Below, in pieces: positions 10,361 through 29,520 of a stretch of 64,000 nucleotides of DNA. A program made the translations under genes and the position numbers. The DNA comes from the human T2T-CHM13v2.0 reference genome, Homo sapiens. Location of the stretch: NCBI RefSeq assembly GCF_009914755.1, contig NC_060944.1; one strand, written 5' to 3'. Positions within the stretch are counted from its first letter, which is position 1; each line of letters opens with the position of its first letter. Under the pieces are notes generated by a model, which saw nothing but the letters and a program-made list of their open reading frames with translations, did not search any database and was not told the origin of the DNA.

Positions 10361-13300
10361 AATTTTTATCTCCTATTACTTCTCTAAATATCCTCCTCTC
10401 TCTTTTCCCTCATTCTAAAACTTGAATTGGGTGCGTTTACACACTCTTATTTTTTCCATATCCATCTGTTCTTGATTCATATCTACCTGGTTTTATTTCC
10501 TAATGTCTTTTATGGATGTTAAGAAAACATGGGTGGATGGATGTTTATGGAACCTCTTCTCTTTTTATGGATCTTATTCCTTTTATCCCCCTAAAAGTCT
10601 TAAAATTCTTATTTCAAGGTGATTTTGGGGATTAGGCTGTTACTTACATTTTGTCTCGAGTGACAATTGTTAAGTTTGTTGCTGTTTCAAGAGGTCCCTA
10701 ATCAAAATGCCTTTTATAATCCTGGAACCTCCCAACACTAACAACTATTTTTCTCAGTATTGGTTTAAAAGTGAAATTAAATTGAGTATCACAATTAAGC
10801 AAGTTATACCAAGATTGGTGTACATTTCTCAGAAACAAAATTTATGTGTTGCAACAAACAGGACATGAAGTGATTACAAAGTACCTGTGAGAAGTTTCTC
10901 TCTATGGAAACATTGTGCCAGCTGGCTGTTTTGTTTAGTTTCAAAGCACGGTAGGACGTGCCTATGGAACCTGCCTCAAGGGAAGCAGTGGAATTAACAT
11001 AGGTTTTACTACAGCCAATCATTTGTGCATCAAGAGAGATCGGGAAAGACAAAAGAACACTTCCTTTCTTAAAAATAAAATTATAGCTGGGTGGGGTGGC
11101 TCATGCCTGTAATCCCAGCACTTTGGGAGGCTAAGGCAGGCAGATTGCTTGAGTCCAGGAGTTCAAGATCATCCTGGCAAAACCACTGCACTTTGGGCAA
11201 CAGAGCAAGACTCTGTCTCAAAATAAATAAATAAAGTTATGATAAAAACCTTCTATGCTCCTTCCCACCATTACTATCCTACTATTACTAGGACTGGAAT
11301 CAATGTGGTGATGGCTGAATAGTGTTTTGGAAACAGACTTTAGGGCAACAGAAAAACCATTTGATTGGTTTCTAGGTATCTTGGTTTTCTAAAACTTCAG
11401 CCTTGTGGCTTGTATTAAATTAACCAAAATTAGCTCTAACTCAGGAAAAGGTTATCCCTTGGTTTTGTCAACTGTCTGAAATAGCTTGCTTTCCCAGCAT
11501 TATTTTTATGCATATACTTTCCTATTTTTGTTGGCAGACTTACCTAATGGAAGGTTTTTGTTTCCCTTCTCTGTGCCCAGTCTTCCTGGTCCACCTACAA
11601 TTTTGTGGTCACCTCCGTCTAGTCCCCAAGTACCCTCTGGGTCAGAATCAGGTTTTATATTAGTAGCTCAGAGCCATCCTGACCTGGTTCTTGGTTCTAA
11701 ATCCCAAAACCATAGTGTGTTAGCACTGGAAGGCGTCTCGAAGATCATCTAGGCCAAATCAACCATTTCTCAGCAGAAGAAAACTGAGACTTGAGAGGAG
11801 GAGCCCTGCTCAAGTCACCTGCCAGGTAGAGTTACCCCCATGGGCACTCCCTGGGGCCTGTTCCCTGCTGCCACATGCCTCTTGACTCAATCTGGCTTCT
11901 CGAATCCAACTGAGCCTTCTCCAGCCAGCATCCAATACTTCTTCCTAACTCTTGTTTACTCATTCAATCCCTCACAAATGCCTACTGGGAATACAAATGT
12001 GAATAAGAAACACATAGACACAATTACGACTAAGAGGTAAACTGTGGGATTAGCATGACCTGAGTTCAAAGACTAGCTCGACAATTTGTTTCCTGTGTGA
12101 TCTTGGGCAAGTGAAGAGACTTCTGCTGTTTTCATTAACCTATGTGAAGCAGACTTATTCATGCATTCCTAGGGTTACTGGGACAAGTAAATGGCAGAAC
12201 AATCATCAAGCACCCAGCTCAGTGTCTGGCTTGCAGTAAGTCTAAAAGAGTGGTTATTATTATTATCATTACAATGTCCTTCCTGCCAGGTTGGATCTCA
12301 GAGGGGATGTCAGTCTCTTCTGTCACTTCAGACACTCATCTCTGGGGAGATCTAGTTCAGACTAGTTGACCACTAGCCCAACCTGGTTCTGTCTCCTCTG
12401 TCTAAGACTGCAGTTCCCTCTCCACTGCCTTAGCTTTGCTATCTTTAGCTTTGGCTGGAGTCCCTCTACTCTGTGCACCATTCTCTCTGAATGGAAGCTC
12501 AGAGACAAGAATTCTTGGGAACTTGTTTCTGATTCAATGCATAATCTTGAATGGCTTGGGAGGGGTAAGGTATTGCCCTTCCCAAGCCTTAATTTTCCCA
12601 TCTGTATAAAGAGTGTGCTGGGTTGTGTTAAGTCAAGGTGAAGACCCCTCCTAGCACTGACACTCCTGGGCCTCCAGGAAATGCCATGCTTTCTCCATCC
12701 CCCCAGCCCCAGTAGAGGTGAACCCTTAGCCAGCTCCCACCTCCAAGCAGGTTTCTTTGGGAAGGGCAGGGGTTTCTTTCTTAGATGGGGCCATTCTGGC
12801 TGTCCCGATTCCACTCTGAGGCCTTATTTCTCTGTCAGGGCTTCTTTATCTGAGGTCCTTAGATCCCTTCTGGGATCCATAAATCCCAGGAAATGATATG
12901 CCACTGTCATGTGCATTTTTCAGAGGTGTGAGTTCATCAGCTTCTCAAAATGGCTTAGATCCCAAAAAGATTAAGACCCATTGCTGGAAGTCTAGTTCAT
13001 GCCTCTATCACTTAAATTCTGATTTCCTTGTCTGTTGGATGCTCCTCTGATGTTCCCCAACCTTCTCCTTTTTTCTACATTACATCTACCTGTTAATCTG
13101 TATCTTCCTGCACTGGACTGAGAGCCCTTTGAGAGTAGGGACTGTATCAATCTTTTTCACCTCTGTATTCATAGCAAAATAACACATACCCAGTACTCAA
13201 TAACTAGGGATGCTAGCTCTATGAATGTAGGAACCTTTGTGTTTGGTTCATATCTTTGTCTTAGATGCAAGGCATAGGACCTGACACATAGTCAGTGCTC

Positions 13301-14279
13301 AATAAACATCAGATGCAGAAAATAACTTGTGGAATGAACAAGTGAATGCATTCAGAAAGAAGCCACTTCACTCTCCAACTTTGCCCATCCCTGGGGCCCC
13401 TAAACCGTGTCTGGACATTTATGGTTTTCTTTGTTCTTAATTAGAAAAGGTCCTTTAAAAATGCGAACTTATACCAAGCTGGGATAAAGGCACTGGCATA
13501 TCACCCCCAGTCTGGGGTCAGGCAACTGGGTTGGTGGCCAGATGCCCTCATGGTAGTGTTGGCCACAGTGAAAAAAAAACTCTGCTAAGCTGGATGACAA
13601 AGAAAAAGATTGGGAAATTAGGAAAAATAAGGAAAGATCAGATCATTCAAATCCTCCCTGATAATCAATGGGTGACAGATGACAGATGGGACTGCAACAT
13701 CTCCTACACAGATGACAACTGTGTGGTCCAACCATTCCCCAGCTGGGGTTTTCCCACCTAAACCATTCCTGACTTGTACTTGTTAAATGTCCCCCCGCCC
13801 CCAATGATTTCCCAGAATAAAATTCTATGTAGGCTGGTAAGAGGGTGCTTCTCCTCAGTGATGAAATCCCTACAGAGGGGAGCTTGAGGTCTCAGGGAAG
13901 ATGAGACCTGGAATCTGAGGCAAAGGCAGAAAAGGTTTGTGTTAAAAGATAGGGAAATAGACTGATAATGGGAGAGCTTGAATGACTTCCACCAACAGTC
14001 ACCCCAGAAATGATTTTTATCAGAGACATACCGGGGCATTTCTGGCAATCTCTCAAGGGCTTAGAGGAAGGCATCCCATTTATCAAATTGCTAATGAAGG
14101 AAGCTGCAATCTGTCATGAGGAATTGAAGTTTGGAGCTCTGACAAGACCTTGAAAAAAAGAACATTGGAGATTAAGTGTCTGTCAACCAGAGCTGAACAC
14201 TATCCACAAGAGAGGCCTGGGACCAGAGGGGGATTCTCTAAACTATTAAACCTTAAAGCATGAATCATTTTTAGTTCTA

Positions 14280-15320
14280 TCATACATATAATTTACATTT
14301 AATAAAATGCACAGGTTTCAAATGTACTAGTTGATGTGTTTTAATAAATGTATACACACATGTAACCACTGCCCCAGCAAGATACAGAATATTTCCATCA
14401 CTCCGGAATATTTTCTTTGTGTTCCTTTATAATCAACTTTGCTACCCGCTAGGGAATAAATCCCTGCCCTAGGCAGCCACTGATCTGCTTTCTTTCACTA
14501 TTGATTAGTTTTGCGTGTTCTAGAATGTCAGATATATGGAATTATATTGTATGTAATCTTTTGTCTAGTTTTTTTGGTTAAACATAATGTTTTTGAGATT
14601 CATCCACGTTGTTGCCTGTGTTGACAACCTGTTCCTTTTTATTGCTAAGTAATATTCCATTATATGAATATCCACAATCTTTTTATCCATTCTTCTATTG
14701 ACAGGCATTTGGATTTTTTCTAGTTTGGGGCTATTATGAATAGAGCATTTTTAAATATTCTTTTCAAATCTTTATATGGACATATGCTTTCATTTTTCTT
14801 GAGTAAATGCCTAGGAGTAAAATTGCAAGTCATAGGGTAGATGTATATTTAACTTCATCATAAACTACCAAAATTTTCCAAAGTGGTTGTACCATTTTGA
14901 ATTTCCAGCAGCAATGCATATGAATTCTAGTTGCTTCACATCCTCACCATCACTTAATATTGTCAGTCCATTTTGTCTTAGCCACTTTAGTGGATACAAA
15001 GTAATATCTCATTGTGGATTACATTTGCATTTTCTGGTAATTAACAATGTTAAGCATCTTTTCATGTGCCGATAATGACCATTCATGTATCTTCTTTTGT
15101 GAAATAGCTATTTAAGTCTTTGGCCCTTTTTTGTTTTTTGTCTTCGTGTGACTGAGTCATAGGTGCTCTTTATATATCTATATTCTGTTAATATACACAT
15201 ATCCTTTGCACAATGTAATCATCCGTTGTCAGGTACATGTATTGTGAATATTTTCTCCAAGTCCTAGTGACTGACTTTCATTTGCTTAATAGTTTTTTTT
15301 TTGAAGTGCAGAAGTTTTAA
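14280..15320 (-). mobile_element. L1M 3' region
   Basis: Antisense L1 3' motifs (tgagattcatccacgttgttg, ctcattgtggattacatttgcatt). Confidence 0.75.
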
Positions 15321-16745
15321 ATCTAAAAATCAATGGCAGCCTGAAAAAATAACAGCTCCTGAGGCCATCCAACTGGCTGTCTGCCCCAGGTACAAAAAGA
15401 AGATAAGACTCTGTCGTCAGAGTGAGCTGAGGTCCAATTCCACATGCTATCTCTCATTTAACTCTCACAGTAAATTTTATGAATTAGTTAGTTTTATGGT
15501 CTCGTTATACAAATAAGAAAACTGAGGTGTAGGGATGTGTTCCTATGTCACAGTCTAAGAGATATTTCAGACTTGAGGAAAAAGTAAGAGTTTCTGTGGC
15601 CACTTCCATGGTCAAAGGAGAGGACTGCTGGAAGAGGCGCTGCCTGTAGCCTTCCTGAAGCAAATCATGGAGAGCCACACTCGACAGTGGCGTTGTGTGT
15701 CAAAGAACAATGGTAGACAGTACTGACAATCAAGGGCTAAGGAAAAGGCTATTGCTCTGATTTGAAGGGTCCTAATAAACCTTGAGATTCTTGTAGGAGC
15801 CAATGGAAATGGGAGAGAGGCTCAATGATGTAAATGACTTATATACCATACCAGTAGGTGGGGTGGGGTAAGACAAGATTTAATTTAACTTAATTTAGAA
15901 AAAAATCAAACAAAACATTTCTTACATCCAAATATTCTAGAAAAAAAAATCTGTTCCTCACAGGCATTTTCCAATGCTCTTATGAACCCTTCCTAAACAT
16001 CACTTTCTTATCCACATGACATTCCATCCAGTAAAAATGTCCACCACAGTGTACTTAGCCAGTCCCCTACTGCCTGTTCATGTTATTTCTAGTTTTTGCT
16101 ATTATAAAAGCCCTAACGTAAATATCACTCATCATGCACAAAACTTTTTCCTATATTTTATGTATTTCCATTGGTCCATATTTCTTGGGGCAGATGTTCA
16201 GAAGTAAAACTATGATGTCAGTGAACACCAATATTTATAAATTCCTTGGTGTTGATTGCAAGACTATTTTCCAGGAAAACTGTACTAATTTGCAGTCCCA
16301 TCTGCATGTCTGAAAGAGACTCAGCAACATTTTCAGTGACTAACTGGGTTTTCCATGTACCATAATAGAGGGAAGGACAGGGGACAGGCTCCAGACCGCA
16401 TACTTGAGTGTTAAGAACAGTGGCCAGGTAGATACTCCATGGAATAAATTATTAGGTTATGTTCCAGACTCTCTCCAGGAGTGGCAAGAACTCTGGGCTT
16501 GATTTCAGCTGACCTTGATTCTCGGCCCTGCTTTGTCACTTGCTAGTTATGTGTTCCTCAGCAAGTCACTGCTTCCTCTTTCAACCTCCCTTTAAGTTAT
16601 CTGCAAAACGGAGACAATAATGCCTCTATCTGGAGAGGGTCGTGAAGATCAAATGATGCCGTGTATGTTCCCACTGTGTTATAAACCACAAGCTCCTGTG
16701 TAGGCTTGAGTCTTCTCTGTATTTGGTTGATGCACTCCATTCCTA

Positions 16746-17123
<378 letters not shown>

Positions 17124-17532
17124 ATTCCTAGACTCAGGAGTTCCATCAAAAAAGCCCAAAATTTTCTGCCCTTAGCACAAACACGTCAAAAGCCTGAATT
17201 CAATTTTTCCCCTTCCCACCTTCCGGTCTTTTTTTTTTTTTTTTTTTTTTTTTTTTAGGTGTAGAGAGCTCTGAGAACTGCCTACCCTGTACTCCACTCA
17301 GGATGCCCCCCACAGGGTGGGTGTTTCCATGTTAGTGCCTTTCCCCTTTTCAAATAGGGGAATGAGACAAGACTCACTGCTGGACTTTCCATTTTTCCTA
17401 ACACTGCCCCCCTTAACCTTGCTAAGACCCAGGTCAAAGGTTTAAAGTTATTTCTTTCAATGGCACTTCACCTCTATGATCTTCCTTCTAAAACCCATAA
17501 CCCCAGTCTAACCATAAGAAAATATTAGACAA

Positions 17533-17842
<310 letters not shown>

Positions 17843-18364
17843 TTAGACAAACCCCAGTTGAGGGGCATCCTAGAAAACACCTGACTAGTACTCCTCAAAA
17901 ACATCAAGGTCATCAAAAACAAGGAAGGTGTGGGAAATTATTACAGTCCGGAAGAGCTTAACTAGCCATGGTGACTAAATGTGAATCCTGGATGGGGATC
18001 CTGAAGCAAAAATAAAACAAACAAACAAAAAAAAAACATGTTAGGTTAAAAGTATGAAAATATGAATAAAGTCTGGACTTAAGTTATAATAATGATTCAA
18101 CATTTGTTCATTTGTCGTGACAAATATGTCATACTAAAGTAAAACGTTAACAATAGGATGAGGGATATTTGGAAACTCTCTGTATAATCTTCATAAGTTT
18201 TCTGTAAGCCTGAAACTATTCTTTAAAAAAAAAAAGGTGGGGCTATTTTATGTATCTCTTTATAGGCTTAGTTGAATTTCTCAGACAAGGAGAAAAAAAA
18301 TTTGTTTGTAGCAAAACTCCTCAAAGAGATATCCACACGTGGTGTCTCTAATTCCTTTCTGCTT

Positions 18365-19103
<739 letters not shown>

Positions 19104-19109
19104 ACCTCC

Positions 19110-20200
19110 CATCCTCTCTCGCCTATGCCTACTCCAACCAGTCTGCCCCCACCACCACCTTCTCATCACTCCACTGACAATGTCTTTGTCAAAGTTACCA
19201 TTGTTCTCCAGCTTGCTAAGTCCATGGTCAGTTCTCATCTCTAGTCCTAGCTGGCCCACCAGCTGCACTTGCCATGGGTGATTGCTCACTCTTCCTTGAT
19301 TTACTTTCTTCACTTAGCTTCAGGACAGCATGATGTCTTGGTTTTACTCCTTCCTCATGGATTGCTCCCTCAGTCTCCTTTGCTGGTTCCTCCTCTCCTC
19401 CCCAAACACCAAATTCTGTGGATCCCTGGGCTCAGCTCTTGGTCTTCCTTTTTATCCATACTCATTTCCTTCCTTTTTTTAACTATTATTTTAAGTTCAA
19501 GGGTACACGTGCAGGTTTGTAGTATAAGTAAACTCATGGCACGGGGGTTTGTTGTACAGGTTATTTTGTTACCCAGGTATTAAGCCTAATACCCATTAAT
19601 TATACTTCCTAATCCTCCCCCTCCTCTCACCCCTTATCCTCAGGCAGGCCCCAGTGTGTGTTGTTCCCCTCTATGTGTCCATGTGTTCTCATCATTTAGC
19701 TCCCACTTGTAAGTGAGAACATGTGGTATTTGGTTTTCTGGTCCTGCGTTAGTTTGCTAAGGGTAATGGCCTCCAGCTCTATCCATGTTCCTGCAAAGGA
19801 CATGATCTCATTCTTTTTTTTCTCACCAGTATCGTAGCTTCAAGTACTGCTGAATGCTGATGACTCCCATATTTGTATCTCCAGCCCAGCCCTCTCACCT
19901 AAACTCCAAACTCTTATATCCAACTGACTTCCTAATGTCTCAACATAGATGCCTCATATACATCTCAAATTTAGCAGATCTAAAACTGCATTCCTGAGCC
20001 TCAATTTTTTTGAGGCTCATTTGCCTCACCTGAGGTGATCTCACCTGCCAAAACTGCCTTGCCTATCCCATCTCAGTTGATGATGACATCATCCTTTTAG
20101 TCACTCCGACCAAAAATCCTGACATCATCTTTGACTCCTCACTTACTTTTACACTCCATATCCAATCCATTAGGAAATCTAATTCATCCTACCTTCAAAA
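19110..20200. mobile_element. L2 remnant with L1P 3'-end insertion (19475-19820)
   Basis: L2 motifs (tgctgatgactcccatatttgtatctccagccc; tctttgactcctc). Confidence 0.7.
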
Positions 20201-21231
20201 TGTGATTATAAAATTATATATGAAGTACCTGTAATTTCCTAAATTGAAATATTATTAACCCACGCAGCGGGGTAGGGGAAGGGGTCCACCTTTCCCTCCA
20301 TCTCTTAATATTAGGATCTAACACAAAGTGGCCCTGGCGTCCTTCCCCGCTTGAATGCTGCCTGCCCCCAGCACATGGCTGCAGCACATTAGCCTCCAAC
20401 CCTCTGAAGTTCTAGCTCTACCCCGCCTAATTTCTATGTCCTGTACTCACCCTGATGTGTCCTTCATTCCTGCCCCAGCCTGGGCTCCCACCTCCCCTCC
20501 TGCCATTTCCTCCCTGCTCCTTTGCTCTTGGCTACCCTGGCTCCCTCCTGTCCCCACAATGCGTACATCTTCCTATACACTTCACCTCTGAAGTAGGAGG
20601 TGTCCCCAGCTGGCCTCTCATCCCAGATTATATGTCAATCTAGACAAGTCTCCTTGAATTCTTTGCCACTGCCAGGTCCCAGAAAGTCTCTTGCTAAGAC
20701 CTTGCAAGCCAATGAGGTTATCCCAGCTTCTCTTCTATATGGCTCCCATTTATTGAAGCTGCACCAAGAGGTGAGTTCAGGTCCTAGCCTTCCCCTTCCT
20801 GGCTGTTTAATGGGGAAAATAAAAACGCCTACTTCATTTGCCAATTCTGAGGATTAAATAAGATGCCTGGCACATAACAGTCACACAATAAGTGTTTGCT
20901 GTTGTTACCCTGCTGTTACTACTGCCCTCTGCACCACGCTTCACATGCATGCTCTAATTTAATCCCTGCATTGTGGGCTGAGATTTACAAATCAAGATGT
21001 ACTCTCATTTTTTTTTTAAAGAAATTGAGGCTCAGAGGGGTTACAAGTGAGATTTTTTTGAACATGCTGCAGCTAGAAAGTGGCAAAGCAGAGATTCAAA
21101 CTCGGGTGGGCCTGGCCCTAAAGTGTTAGCCCTTGCTATATGATATACTGTATCCTCAAAATGACTTTCTCTGGGGAAGAGCAAATCCATAAAATGTACA
21201 TACATTCACACTCCTTCTAAAAAGTAATAAG

Positions 21232-22008
<777 letters not shown>

Positions 22009-22889
22009 AGATAAAAGACCACTCCTTTCTCTGGGTTGCAGGGCATAAGAAATTACAATGGGTACACAAGACATCAAGGAACAAAGAGACCACAAGTCCT
22101 CTGCACACCTCCCAGGGGCAACATGACTCTTTGAAATAGATGTGACACCCTCTGGAGGAGGGGGACATGAACAGTCTCTGTTGGGGAAAGTAACTAGGGT
22201 CTTAATTTTCTCATTTCTATTGCAAAATGTCATCATCCAGAATTCTTTCCAATAACACATCAGCCCCTTTGAATTTACCTCACACATTTTTTAAAGGTGT
22301 TGTTTGCTTACTGTCTGTTTTTTCCTTTCTACTCTCTCTCCCATCCTGTTGTTTCTATATTTGATACAAATATTTAAATTAAACATAGTAGAAGGATGGT
22401 TTGCATTAGGGCTTATGTTGCACTTGGCCGTGATGCCCAGGGCCCAGGTGCACGTGCCTCCAACAGCAGGGCAGACACCTGTTAGCCAGTGATTTTTTTA
22501 TTAGAAAAATAATACAAGAACTTCTAATTAAAGATGGCAAAATGAAAGTGATGTAGCTCCACTTTCTTCTTGGAAACCCACAGCCTTCCTTCTTTGATGA
22601 AATTAGAAAGCAGTTTCAATCCTGGGCCACAGTTGGTTTTGAAGATGTGGATGGGAGGGTAACAGGGAAACCCACTGGAAAGGGTTAAGGTGCAGCTCAA
22701 GTGAAAACAATAGAGGTGAAAGCTCCAAGCACAGAGCCTGGCACATAGTAGGTGCTCCATGGCCCTTATTCATGAAGGACGCTTGTTTTCTTCAAGCAGA
22801 GGGACTGCTAAGCTTGAGCCAGGAGGAAGGGTGTGGGGAAGAGCCAGCATGAATGAGGGCCACTGCCAGGAGAGGTGTCTCTTTCTCTC

Positions 22890-22892
<3 letters not shown>

Positions 22893-22923
<31 letters not shown>

Positions 22924-23173
22924 CACAAACACACACCAAAACACAAACACACACCAAAACACACATACACATACAAACACACAATATACACACACAAACA
23001 TACAACACAAACACAACACACACACCAACACATACGTATGGAAACACACAGATACACATGTACACACACTCAAATACATACACACACATATACATACACA
23101 GAAACACATATACACAACACACACACGTACACAAACACACAGAAGCACACCACACACGCACACATATACATGG

Positions 23174-23210
<37 letters not shown>
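22893..23210 (+). repeat. Degenerate (CA)n-rich tract
   Basis: Perfect CA runs at both ends with an interrupted middle. Confidence 0.95.
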
Positions 23211-23213
<3 letters not shown>

Positions 23214-24063
23214 TCTCCACGAGAAGGAGCAGAATCCAGGCCAAACCCATGGAATCAGATCCTGGGGCAGAACCAGCCACGAGTCAGCCAGTGGGCGGGG
23301 TCAGGGAGATCTGGAGGACATGTGGATGACTTGGGGGGTGGCCCCCACTCAAACCAGACCCCTCTGTCCTTTGACATCCCCAGCCTTCAGTCCAAACCCT
23401 CTGCCTGGCACCCAACTTGAGGCTGGAGAGAGGGTGTGGCTGAGCTTCAGCCCTGACAAAAGCCGCACCTCTCTGCCAGCCACAGCTGTGGCCCATGGGA
23501 GGGAGCTAGATCCTGGGCTGGGACCTGAAAGGTCTGGCCCCACCCAGCATGGCGATTATCTTGACATGTAAACTTGGGCAAGTTACTCTCCCTCTCCAGT
23601 CCTGAATTTTCCCTTCTGCAAAATGGGAGTAGCCACATTGCCTTGTCTTCCTCCAAGGGGATGGTTGTGTGGCTCTGCTGAACTATTCATAATAGGAAAT
23701 TGCTTTGTGACTCGCCCAAAACATTAGTCACTGTGATTATTAGCATCATCATCATTATTGTTCCTCAATCCACATGCCAACTGTCCTCCACCCTCTCTCT
23801 CCTCTTGCCCTCTGGAAAGCAGCTGAGTTGACAGTGGAAGGCTCCCCAGCACTCCCACGAGTCCTTCCCTGACTTACCTCTCTCCTCCAAGAACCTCTGC
23901 CTTTTGCCAGCTGGTATTGAGTCAAGGGAAGGCCCCCGCTTTCATCCCAAACATTCTCCCCCCGACTGACCACCCTGATGAAGTGGCAAGAGCCCTGCTC
24001 ATCAAGGGGCTCACTGATGGTTTGGGGGCATATCTCATCCTCTCTCTGACCTCAGCTGCCTCA

Positions 24064-26998
<2,935 letters not shown>

Positions 26999-29194
26999 TG
27001 AATGCCAGCTCACAAGCCTTCTCTCCGCCCCAGAACTTCAAGCTTTGTTTATCCCAGAAGGCCCCCACATCTGCACTCTCTCCCCCTGGAACAATGGAAG
27101 GCTGCCTCCCTCTCAGACCTCAGTTCAAATTTCGCCCCCTCAGGGAGTCTCCCTTGACCACCTCACTTAATCACCTCTCCCCTTTCCAGGTGTCCTCTAT
27201 ACCTGTGATGAGTGACGCAGTGGCCACAAATCACATGGGGCTATTTAAATTTAAATTATCTAAAACAGAACTTAAAATTCAGTTTCTTGGTCACATTAGT
27301 CACATTGACTGCTATGTTGGACAGCAAGGATATAGAACCTTTCCACCATCACGGAAATCCTGTGGACAGCGCAGCTCTCTACCCTTACTCAATTTCATCA
27401 TCTTCCCAGCAATGATCACTAGTTGAAACCTTATTCATTTACTGACTTGTTGTCTGCCCTCTCCTAGAACACAAGTTTCTTAAAGACAGTGTAGGACTCT
27501 CTTTTTCACCACTGAATCCCCAGTGTTCAGCACAGTACCTAACATATTCCCAAAGCAGGTATTCAAGAAACATTTACTGGGAGGGTATTTTGGGGGGCAA
27601 CTGCCAAGATTAGGAATTGGAGTCCTGTAATAGGGAACAGGGGTCACTCAGATTATCTTGTTCATCTGGGAGAAAATACACCTCAATTATTATCTGCATA
27701 GTGTAGTTAGTTGTTAGCTTTTTTCTGTCTATATCCTCTATTAATTTCCATCCTCATCTCAGCTGCTGGGAAGAACACGCATGCCCTGGCTGCCTAGAGA
27801 GGGATAAACAGCAGCAGTTCCATTCACCGCTTCAGGAAAAAGAACCATCTTGGACCTGGGAAAGAGCAGAGCAAGGGATGAGGTGGGCTGGAGATGGGAT
27901 TGTCCATGGCAGGAGGAAGAACAGAAAGAAACAGTGGCTCATGGATCCGGGAGTTTTAAATGAGCTTGGGATACCCTAGAATGAAGAATCAGTGCCCAGC
28001 TCTGGACTGACACAGTCTGGACTTAAGTCTCTGCTCCACGGCTTATTTGCTGTGCAAATTACTTTCTGGGACTGGGTTTCTTTGTCTGTAAATTAAGAAT
28101 AACAATATATTTTTCTAATTAAGATGGTTATGGGAATTAAATGGGTTCTTCATAAGTCCTTAGAATTTCAGGCCCTTAGTATATGTTCTTTTTTATCACC
28201 TTTTCCAAAGCCCCAGGGCTGCCACTCACCTCCCGCAACAAAAAAATTGCTTCCCAGCAGTTGCTCCTCATACCTCCCCTTCCAGCCTTCCCTCTCCTCT
28301 CCAGCACATGTCTCTGGACTAAAACCCTTGTGACTGAACCTGCCTTCTCTGCCCAGCCCCTGGTGACTCCTAACAAACTTGTAATGCTTGCCCTGGCATT
28401 CACATTTGCTTTCCCATTTGCTGTTTCTCAGCTTAGCTCCTCACGTCCGCTCATGTGGGGCGCAAGGTCTAGTACACGCCCACACCCAAGATCCTGAGAC
28501 CCTAGTCTGCTCCCCTGCCTGGTGGAGGACACTGAGCCCTTGCCCAGCACTCATGTCCATCACCAGAAGCTTTGTGTCTCCTTTCTTCCTCTGATCACTT
28601 GTGCAGTGTCACCCAGGAGCTGGGAGAAACAAAGATTCCTGGGCCCCACTGCAGGATGCTGCATTTTAACAGACCCTCAGGTGATTCATAAGTCCATGAA
28701 GTCTTGTGGGTTAGAACCACTAACCCACAAGCCCTTGTCATGGGATGCAGCATGATCCACCTGGGGGACTGAGGGCGACTGTCTTCTCCAGCCTCACCCT
28801 CCCCACATGCCCTTGAAAAGCCACTCGAGTCCTGTGCCCAGGAGCCCTCTCCTCCTTTATCATCTGCGGAATGTCTACCCTTCCTTGCTGGTGCAGCTCA
28901 CTTGCCACCTCCTCCAGGAAGCCTTCCTGGGCTCCATAAAGCTGAGCTGCTTATGCCCTCCTCTGTGTATTTAACAGCAATTTGCTTTTCATTGTGTGAT
29001 GTGGCCGAACTTCTTCATTGGGCCTGGGGATCTGAAGCCACGCCACTTCAAATGAGTGGGAGGGTGTGGAAAAAGGGCAAGTAATGGCCTGCAGAGAAAG
29101 GGGCCCTTCCTGATCATCCACTGTGCATGTTCACATTCATCAATGACTTCGCTCTTTCCTTTTAACCTATGAGGTTGGCGTTGCCCACAGGTTT

Positions 29195-29520
29195 TTTTTG
29201 TTGTTGTTATTGTTTTGTTTCTTGGTTTTGTTTGTTTTTGAGACGGAGTCTCCCTCTGTCGCCCAGGCTGGAGTGCAGTGGCGCGATCTTGGCTCACTGA
29301 AACTCTGCCTCCTGGGTTCAAGCGATTCTCCTGCTTCAGCCTCCTGAGTAGCTGGGATTACAGGCACATGCCACCATACCCGGCTAATTTTTGTATTTTT
29401 AGTAGAGACGGGGCTTCACCATGTTGGTCAGGCTGGTCTTGAACTCCTGACCTTGTGATCCGCCCGCCTCAACCTCCCAAAGTGCTTGGCATTACAGGTG
29501 TGAGCCACCATGCCTGGCCT
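29195..29520 (-). mobile_element. AluS
   Basis: Alu consensus. Confidence 0.9.

Noticed and set aside
13480-13560. Minus-strand ACCATGAGGGCATCT (MRAS), like the elafin start
   Set aside because: Similarity ends after four codons and no hydrophobic core follows.
22050-22180. Acceptor followed by CPPPPEG...CAEDLW...SCVP, a possible WAP remnant
   Set aside because: Cysteine spacing does not fit without several indels; indistinguishable from chance by eye.
22759-23571. 270-aa His/Thr-rich ORF and overlapping Cys/Val-rich ORFs
   Set aside because: Translation of the (CA)n tract; no splice or codon evidence.
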